Positions 58,142 to 64,000 of a stretch of 64,000 bases of DNA are shown in pieces; position 1 is the stretch's first letter; each line of letters opens with the position of its first letter. The stretch is from an uncultured Bacilli bacterium (GTDB taxonomy: Bacteria > Bacillota_I > Bacilli_A > RF39 > UBA660), in assembly GCA_934101425.1 (NCBI GenBank), contig CAKOQQ010000002.1, forward strand, positions 8,141 through 72,140. Reading direction: 5' to 3'. Made by a program: the position numbers and the translations under genes. Under the pieces are notes generated by a model, which was not told where the DNA came from, did no database searches, and worked only from the letters and a program-made list of their open reading frames with translations.

Positions 58142-58664
58142 TCTTTTTATATACTAAATATAATTTTTTATTTACACTACCTATTAAAGAACCTTTTTCT
58201 ATATAGTCATATAATTCTACATTTATATTTTCCATGTTTCCATACCATAAATCTATACCATTATATTGCTGTACAACAACTGTTTTACCATATCCCTCTT
58301 TTTCTCCTACAAAAACTACTATTCCACCTAACTGACTTGGAACTAAATAATCATCAGTGACTGATAATGATACTCCATCTTTATATGATACTTTACTTGA
58401 ATATACTAATTTTTCATTAAATACCATTTCTTCTTTTATTAAATTATCAAAAGGAATTGGTTTGCCAAAATATTTTTCATATGTTTTATTTATAGTTGCA
58501 AATGTTATATTATTTTCAAATACATATTTATAAAAATTATCCTTAAAATTTTTATTACTTTTAATTAAAATTAGCGATATTAAAAATAATACTAGTAATA
58601 ATAGTATTTTACTTAAATTAATTTTATTTGTTTTTTTGGTTTTTATTAAATCTTCGATTTTCAT
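58107..58664 (-). CDS. SpoIVFA-like membrane protein with a degenerate M23/LytM domain.
   Basis: There is an N-terminal TM helix and a C-terminal LytM-like region (GGIVVFVGEKEGYGKTVVVQQYNG). It overlaps the M50 gene. Confidence 0.6.
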   Translation of the reverse strand: MKIEDLIKTKKTNKINLSKILLLLVLFLISLILIKSNKNFKDNFYKYVFENNITFATINKTYEKYFGKPIPFDNLIKEEMVFNEKLVYSSKVSYKDGVSLSVTDDYLVPSQLGGIVVFVGEKEGYGKTVVVQQYNGIDLWYGNMENINVELYDYIEKGSLIGSVNKKLYLVYKKNGKVLDYNEQI

Positions 58665-58698
58665 ATTATCACCTAGTTTATAGTATTAAAAAAATAAG

Positions 58699-59160
58699 TT
58701 ACTTAGAACTTATTTTTTTGTAAATTAAAGTCACTATAATTAAATAAATGATATTTATTAGTACTGATGAATATATACTTTTAAATAAGTAAATAAAGTT
58801 AAAATCTATATAATTAAATAATACTAAGATTAAATAAGTGGTAATTCTATATAAAATTATTATTGCTAATAATTTTACTATAGTGCTGCTTAATTTATGA
58901 GATAAATATATATTAAGTATTTTTATTATAACTGCTAAAAATAAAAATACTAATGAATTTAATAATATTATATCTGTATATAGTGAATCGTATAAAATAC
59001 CAATTATTAGTGCAATTAGAAAATATATGTTTTCTTTTTTTTCATAATATTTATATATGTATACTAATGATGTTAAGGTAAATAGTGGTATAAGTATTGT
59101 ATTATTTGTATAAACACTTACTATTCCATCTAATATAAGAGATATTAAAACAAGTATCAT
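58699..59160 (-). CDS. mreD: Rod shape-determining protein MreD.
   Basis: This is a polytopic 153-aa membrane protein downstream of mreC. Confidence 0.75.
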   Translation of the reverse strand: MILVLISLILDGIVSVYTNNTILIPLFTLTSLVYIYKYYEKKENIYFLIALIIGILYDSLYTDIILLNSLVFLFLAVIIKILNIYLSHKLSSTIVKLLAIIILYRITTYLILVLFNYIDFNFIYLFKSIYSSVLINIIYLIIVTLIYKKISSK

Positions 59161-59993
59161 TAACTTTCCCTTTTTAATACTGTAACATATTCTATGTTAT
59201 CATAATTAACATCTGTTTTTACATATATAATTTTAGATAATTCAAAATTATCAGTATTTGATTCACTTACTTTACCAATTAAGATACCACTTGGAAATAT
59301 TTCACTCATTCCTGTTGTTGTTACAACTGAATCATTAGGAATATCAATATTATTACTAATTCCTTCTATTATATAAGCTTTTTTATCTTTATCATATCCA
59401 GTTAATAAACCGTAATAGTATTCATCTGAAACTTTTATTTTTACTGATATTTTCATATTTAAACTATCAGATGAAAGTAGTTTTACAGTACTAGTTAAAG
59501 TTGATGTTTTAATTACTTTACCAATTAGTCCTTTACTAGTTACAACTGCCATATCCGGTTTTATACCACTATGGCTTCCCTTGTCTATAGATAAAGTATC
59601 ATAAAAATATCCTACATTTCTATTTATAACTGTTGCATTTAATACTTTATATCCTTCTAAATCACTTTTGATATCTAACATTTCTTTGAGTGCTTTATTT
59701 TCTTTTTTTAGTTCATCTATTCTAGCTTTATCAAACTCTATACTATCATATTCTTCTTTAAGTTTGATATATTTATTATATAAATCATCTTTTGTAGTTG
59801 TTTTATTTATATTTTTCTTTATAAATCTTACTGGTGAAGATATAACATTACTTACTACATATGTAGAGTCTTTTATAAACTTTTCAAAGAAATTTAAATT
59901 TTCTTTTTTCATATTAATACTTATTATTCCAAGTACAATGGCAATAATTAAAAGTATTATAACTATTATGTATTTTGTATCTAATTTTCTCAT
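59160..59993 (-). CDS. mreC: Rod shape-determining protein MreC.
   Basis: It has an N-terminal TM helix, a coiled coil and beta-rich domains (GIKPDMAVVT..GLIGKV). Confidence 0.85.
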   Translation of the reverse strand: MRKLDTKYIIVIILLIIAIVLGIISINMKKENLNFFEKFIKDSTYVVSNVISSPVRFIKKNINKTTTKDDLYNKYIKLKEEYDSIEFDKARIDELKKENKALKEMLDIKSDLEGYKVLNATVINRNVGYFYDTLSIDKGSHSGIKPDMAVVTSKGLIGKVIKTSTLTSTVKLLSSDSLNMKISVKIKVSDEYYYGLLTGYDKDKKAYIIEGISNNIDIPNDSVVTTTGMSEIFPSGILIGKVSESNTDNFELSKIIYVKTDVNYDNIEYVTVLKRES

Positions 59994-60026
59994 AAGTCAC
60001 CTATTTTTATTATAATACATTTTTAA

Positions 60027-60710
60027 TTAAATATCATTATTTTCTTTAAAACTATAATAGTTATTAGTGCCAATTATTATATGATCTATTAAATATACAC
60101 CAAGTATTTCACCAACGCTTTTTATATTTTTGGTAATATTAAAATCATCATTACTAGGTAATGTATTCCCTGTTGGATGATTATGTATGCATATTATATA
60201 ATTAGCACTTAATAAATACGCTTCCTTAAATATTTCTCTAGGGTGAACTAAACTATAGTCAACGGTTCCTTTAAATAACATTTTATTATCTATTATTTTT
60301 AATTTTTTATTTAAATATATAACATAAAAATATTCTTGTTTCTCATTTTTTAATATATTTTTATAGTAATTATAAATAGTATTTGCGTTATTAAATGTTG
60401 TATTATTTATTGTTTTTATATTATTATTTAATCTACTACCTAATTCTATAGATGCTAATATTGTAGAAGCTTTATTTATTCCTATTCCTTTTATAGTTGT
60501 TAAATTATTTATTCTTAAATTTGATACATCTTTTATATCTTTTATTTTTGATAAGATAGTACCAGCTAGTTCCTTTGAAGAACTATTTTTAGTACCAGTT
60601 TTTATTATTATTGCTAGTAATTCTTCATTAGTAAGTGCTTTAGCTCCATTACTTATCATTCTTTCTATAGGCCTATCATCTACTGGTAAATCTTTAATTT
60701 TCACTCCCAT
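60027..60710 (-). CDS. radC: RadC-like JAB/MPN domain protein.
   Basis: It has a helix-hairpin-helix N-terminus and the JAMM motif HNHPTGN. Confidence 0.88.
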   Translation of the reverse strand: MGVKIKDLPVDDRPIERMISNGAKALTNEELLAIIIKTGTKNSSSKELAGTILSKIKDIKDVSNLRINNLTTIKGIGINKASTILASIELGSRLNNNIKTINNTTFNNANTIYNYYKNILKNEKQEYFYVIYLNKKLKIIDNKMLFKGTVDYSLVHPREIFKEAYLLSANYIICIHNHPTGNTLPSNDDFNITKNIKSVGEILGVYLIDHIIIGTNNYYSFKENNDI

Positions 60711-61161
60711 TTAATACCAACTCCTCATATGATGTTAATACTTGATTACAAATTGCATTTACAATTGAATTATCAGTAGTTTCTCTTAAGAGCATATCAT
60801 ATTGTTCTAATGTTTCTAAAAATGATTTAGAAGATACTACTATTTCTTCTCTATAATTATCATACCCTAATTCTTTCATATTTCCTGCAATCTTTTCATA
60901 ATTATCCAAATCTTTAGTTATACCATAGTAAACATAGTATTTATCATCTACTACTCTATAAATATAATAGCTCATTTTAATAGTATGTTCTTTTACGGAA
61001 TCTAAAGATGAATATATTCCTTGACGTGCAAAATATAAAGTTTCACCTTTTTCAAATACTGTTTTTAAACTCTTTTTATCACTATATTGATTAAAAAATA
61101 CTTTAGATAATAAAATACCTGTTATTAGTGCAAGAACTATTGTTAATAAATATTTTTTCAT
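60694..61161 (-). CDS. Hypothetical membrane-anchored protein, possibly with a SPOR-like domain.
   Basis: The ATG at 61161 with an AGGTGA RBS is preferred over the track TTG at 61209. The product has an N-terminal TM helix. Confidence 0.45.
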   Translation of the reverse strand: MKKYLLTIVLALITGILLSKVFFNQYSDKKSLKTVFEKGETLYFARQGIYSSLDSVKEHTIKMSYYIYRVVDDKYYVYYGITKDLDNYEKIAGNMKELGYDNYREEIVVSSKSFLETLEQYDMLLRETTDNSIVNAICNQVLTSYEELVLNGSEN

Positions 61162-61272
61162 ATTATCACCTACTATATTATAGTCTTTATAGATAGTAAA
61201 AAATGTCAAAAAAAGTATAATTTGACAGTTTTATTTTTTGGTGTTAATATACTTGTACTTGAGAGGAGATTT

Positions 61273-61977
61273 ATGAAATTAAAAGTTAATAATGTTAAAA
61301 AATTTGCAGCTATGGGATTGGTTTTACTAGAAGTTGGTACATTTACAGGGTGTAAAACTACATTAAACGAAGTGATAACTTATGACGAACCTGATAAAGT
61401 TTATGAAACTGTTGCTAATGTAAGTGAAAGAAATATCTATGAAGACTTAGAATTTTTAAATGCTAGTGAAATGGAAACTTCTAGTGAAACTATTAGTAGC
61501 ATAAGTGAGGAAAGAAAATTAGAGAGTGCAGAATCACTACTAGAAGGATATGAAAAGAATCCTATTTCTTCTACTAATTTAAATGAAGAAATAAGTAAAT
61601 ATTATCAAGATCACATTGATGAGTTAAATGATGTACTAAATCCTGATTATCATGAAATACATGTTAAATATGGAGCATTAGTATATCAAAGACTACTAAA
61701 TAGTGGTATAAAAAAAGAAGTTATTTTAGGGGAACTTGCTAATGTAATATTAGAACAACAAATCCCAAGATGCGTAAGTGAAGAAGAATGGGATGCTAAT
61801 TTTGGTAATATTGTATCTGTACTTGGAGAAACTGAATCTATGTATGAAGCATATTTCTGTTTATCATATTTAGTTCATGATGAATTATGTGATTTAGAAC
61901 ATACTAAAAATCTTTATGGTGCAGTTACTTGTGATGAATTATCTAAAGCATTTGAAAAAAAATATACATTAAATTAA
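61273..61977 (+). CDS. Hypothetical lipoprotein.
   Basis: A GAGAGGAG RBS precedes the ATG at 61273. The signal peptide has a lipobox (TFTGC). Confidence 0.55.
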   Translation: MKLKVNNVKKFAAMGLVLLEVGTFTGCKTTLNEVITYDEPDKVYETVANVSERNIYEDLEFLNASEMETSSETISSISEERKLESAESLLEGYEKNPISSTNLNEEISKYYQDHIDELNDVLNPDYHEIHVKYGALVYQRLLNSGIKKEVILGELANVILEQQIPRCVSEEEWDANFGNIVSVLGETESMYEAYFCLSYLVHDELCDLEHTKNLYGAVTCDELSKAFEKKYTLN

Positions 61978-62003
61978 AAAGACACGTATGTGTCTTTTTT
62001 TTA
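61975..62003. terminator. Bidirectional terminator between the lipoprotein gene and mutL.
   Basis: An A5 run, the hairpin agacac-gtat-gtgtct and a T8 run are present. Confidence 0.7.
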
Positions 62004-63746
62004 GAATCCGCTTCTTTTAAATAGTTTTTCAAGTTCACTATTAGAATAAAATATAAGTGTTGGTCTACCATGTGGACAGTTAAATGGATTTTTACATTTT
62101 CTTAAGTCATTTATAAGATTTTCCATTTCTTCTAATGTAATATTTTGATTTGCTTTTATACTTAATTTACAACTTAGCATAGTAGCCATTGCTTCATTAA
62201 ATTTTTCAATAGTAAAATCTTTTTCAAAATGAACAATTAAATCTATTATTTTCTTAATAGCTTCTTCTTCATATCCTTTAAGTAACCACGTAGGATGTTC
62301 TTTTATTATATAACTATTTATACCAAATTCTTCTACTTTAAATCCTAGGCTATTCATAAATGCTATATTTTCTTTAAAAATAACATTATCACTACCAGTT
62401 AATTCTACAGTAACCGGTATTAACATAGCTGTTTTTTCTTTTATTGGATTACCAAATTTTTCCTTATAATATTCATAATTTACTCTTTCTTTAGCTGCAT
62501 GTTGATCTATTAGATACATACCAAGTTCATTTTGACATACTATATATGTACCATGAACAAGTCCTACTGGATATAATTCTGGTAATCTATCAGTTTCTTT
62601 TTCTTCTAAATCTAATGTTACTTCTTCTAAATCTTCATTTATTTCTAAAGGAATTTCTTCAAATAATTCATTTTCATAACTAGGCTTAGCTTCACCTATT
62701 CTACTAAGTTCTAATTTTTGTTCCTCATAAATAGGTGTTTTTACTTCTACTTTCGGTATAAGTATTTTTTTATTTAATTTACTCTTAATAACATTTTCAA
62801 TTAAAACTTTCAATTCTTCTAATTTACTAAATTTAATATCCATCTTTGTAGGGTGAATATTAACATCTATTAAACTTGGATCTACTTCTATATTTATAAC
62901 GACTATAGGATATCTATTATCTGGTTTATATCCATGATAAGCATCATTTATAACTTTATTTATTTCATTATTTCTAACTACTCTACCATTTACTAAAGTA
63001 ATCATATTATTTCTACTAGATCGATGAAGTTCTGGTTTAGATATGTAACCTGTCACATCATAATCATCATCACTAGTTTTTATTTCTATCATACCTTTTG
63101 CCACTTCAAGACCATATATATCTCTAATTGTTTTAAGTAAATCTCCTCTACCATCTGTAGATATTACTATATTATCATTATTTGTTAATGTAAATTTAAT
63201 ATTTGGAAATGATAAAGCTATTTTATTTACATAATCAGTTATATTAGCTAGTTCAGCATATAAACTCTTTAAGTGTTTTAACCTTGCTGGAGTATTATAA
63301 AATAAATTTGATACTGCCATTATAGTACCTTTTCTAGAATCTCCATTTTGAACACTTATAGTTTTACCACCACTAATATGAACTATAGTTCCAATATCGC
63401 CTGTTGATGTTTTAAGAACTACATCACTTACAGAAGCAATACTTGGTAATGCTTCACCTCTAAAACCTAACGTATCAATTCTATATAAATCTTCTTCTGT
63501 TTTAAGTTTACTAGTTGCGTGACGTAAAAAACATATAGTAGCATCACTCTTATCCATACCCTTACCATTATCGGTTACTCTAATAAGTTTAGTACCTGCA
63601 TCTATTAAATCAATTTTAATTTCATCACTACCAGCATCTATACTATTTTCAACTAATTCTTTTACAACAGATGCACATTTTTCAACTACTTCTCCTGCTG
63701 CAATTTTATTTGCTAGTAAGTCATCTAATACTCTTATATTTGCCAT
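62001..63746 (-). CDS. mutL: DNA mismatch repair protein MutL.
   Basis: It has a GHKL ATPase N-terminus (KIAAGEVVE...VKELVENSIDAG) and a C-terminal dimerisation domain. Confidence 0.93.
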   Translation of the reverse strand: MANIRVLDDLLANKIAAGEVVEKCASVVKELVENSIDAGSDEIKIDLIDAGTKLIRVTDNGKGMDKSDATICFLRHATSKLKTEEDLYRIDTLGFRGEALPSIASVSDVVLKTSTGDIGTIVHISGGKTISVQNGDSRKGTIMAVSNLFYNTPARLKHLKSLYAELANITDYVNKIALSFPNIKFTLTNNDNIVISTDGRGDLLKTIRDIYGLEVAKGMIEIKTSDDDYDVTGYISKPELHRSSRNNMITLVNGRVVRNNEINKVINDAYHGYKPDNRYPIVVINIEVDPSLIDVNIHPTKMDIKFSKLEELKVLIENVIKSKLNKKILIPKVEVKTPIYEEQKLELSRIGEAKPSYENELFEEIPLEINEDLEEVTLDLEEKETDRLPELYPVGLVHGTYIVCQNELGMYLIDQHAAKERVNYEYYKEKFGNPIKEKTAMLIPVTVELTGSDNVIFKENIAFMNSLGFKVEEFGINSYIIKEHPTWLLKGYEEEAIKKIIDLIVHFEKDFTIEKFNEAMATMLSCKLSIKANQNITLEEMENLINDLRKCKNPFNCPHGRPTLIFYSNSELEKLFKRSGF

Positions 63747-63747
63747 A

Positions 63748-64000
63748 TTACCTCTCTTTTAGAAACTCATATAGTTCTAATGCTACTTTGTGTGGAACTA
63801 CTTCTTCTAATTCTTCTATACTTTTATTTTTCATTTCTGTTATATTTTTAAATTTCTTTAATAATTCTATTTTTCTTTTCTTACCTATACCATCAATATT
63901 ATCAAGTAAACTAGATAAAGAACCTTTATTTCTTAATTGTCTATGATAATTTATTGTAAAATTATGTACTTCATCTTGCATTCTTTCTAAGTAATGAAAT
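63748..64000 (-). CDS. uvrC: Excinuclease ABC subunit C, C-terminal (HhH)2 region. The CDS is partial and its 5' end lies beyond the window.
   Basis: The product is ...FHYLERMQDEVHNFTINYHRQLRNK...LDNIDGIGKKRKIELLKKF... The frame is open to the window edge. Confidence 0.7.
   Translation of the reverse strand, partial: FHYLERMQDEVHNFTINYHRQLRNKGSLSSLLDNIDGIGKKRKIELLKKFKNITEMKNKSIEELEEVVPHKVALELYEFLKER

Noticed and set aside
1-64000. A scan for CRISPR arrays, rRNA genes, IS elements and long tandem repeats.
   Set aside because: No regularly spaced direct repeats, rRNA-like sequence, transposase genes or terminal inverted repeats were found. Apart from the lipoprotein duplication, the recombinase stub is the only mobile-element signature.

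Overview
The window is a very AT-rich (about 24-25% GC) Firmicutes chromosome segment using the standard genetic code, with almost all genes on the minus strand. It is probably from a spore-forming Clostridia-like organism, because near-canonical SpoVS, a SpoIVFB-type M50 protease with its SpoIVFA-like M23 partner, and PASTA-PBP/SpoVD-like genes are present. The housekeeping backbone is strongly syntenic with Bacillus/Clostridium. It includes a reduced dcw cluster (mraZ-rsmH-ftsL-pbp-murC) followed by ltaS. It also includes recX, rpoZ, pdp, mnmA, ssb, sufU/sufB, spoVS, truB, rpsO and pnp. A third block is radC-mreC-mreD-spoIVFA/B-rplU-prp-rpmA-obg, and the window ends with mutL and a uvrC 3' end. 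There are five tRNAs: Cys-GCA, Gly-TCC, Ile2/Met-CAT and Leu-TAG. Accessory material is interleaved with this backbone:
- a single-gene ABC exporter preceded by a 24-aa leader ORF and an intrinsic terminator, which looks like a ribosome-mediated attenuator;
- a decayed mobile-element remnant next to tRNA-Gly, with a frameshifted ORF and a truncated serine recombinase;
- an orphan candidate small RNA with a near-consensus promoter and a GNRA-loop terminator;
- a marR-macB-abcCD export operon followed by paralogous secreted or anchored proteins;
- an overlapping NERD plus DUF2779-like nuclease-fold gene pair;
- a plus-strand two-gene islet beside tRNA-Ile/tRNA-Leu encoding a MutH/Sau3AI/MvaI-like endonuclease with no adjacent methyltransferase, plus a Zn-dependent PLC-fold hydrolase.
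The ORF track reports some GTG/TTG starts as M, so several start coordinates were refined using RBS evidence. No CRISPR array, rRNA or obvious intact transposon was seen.
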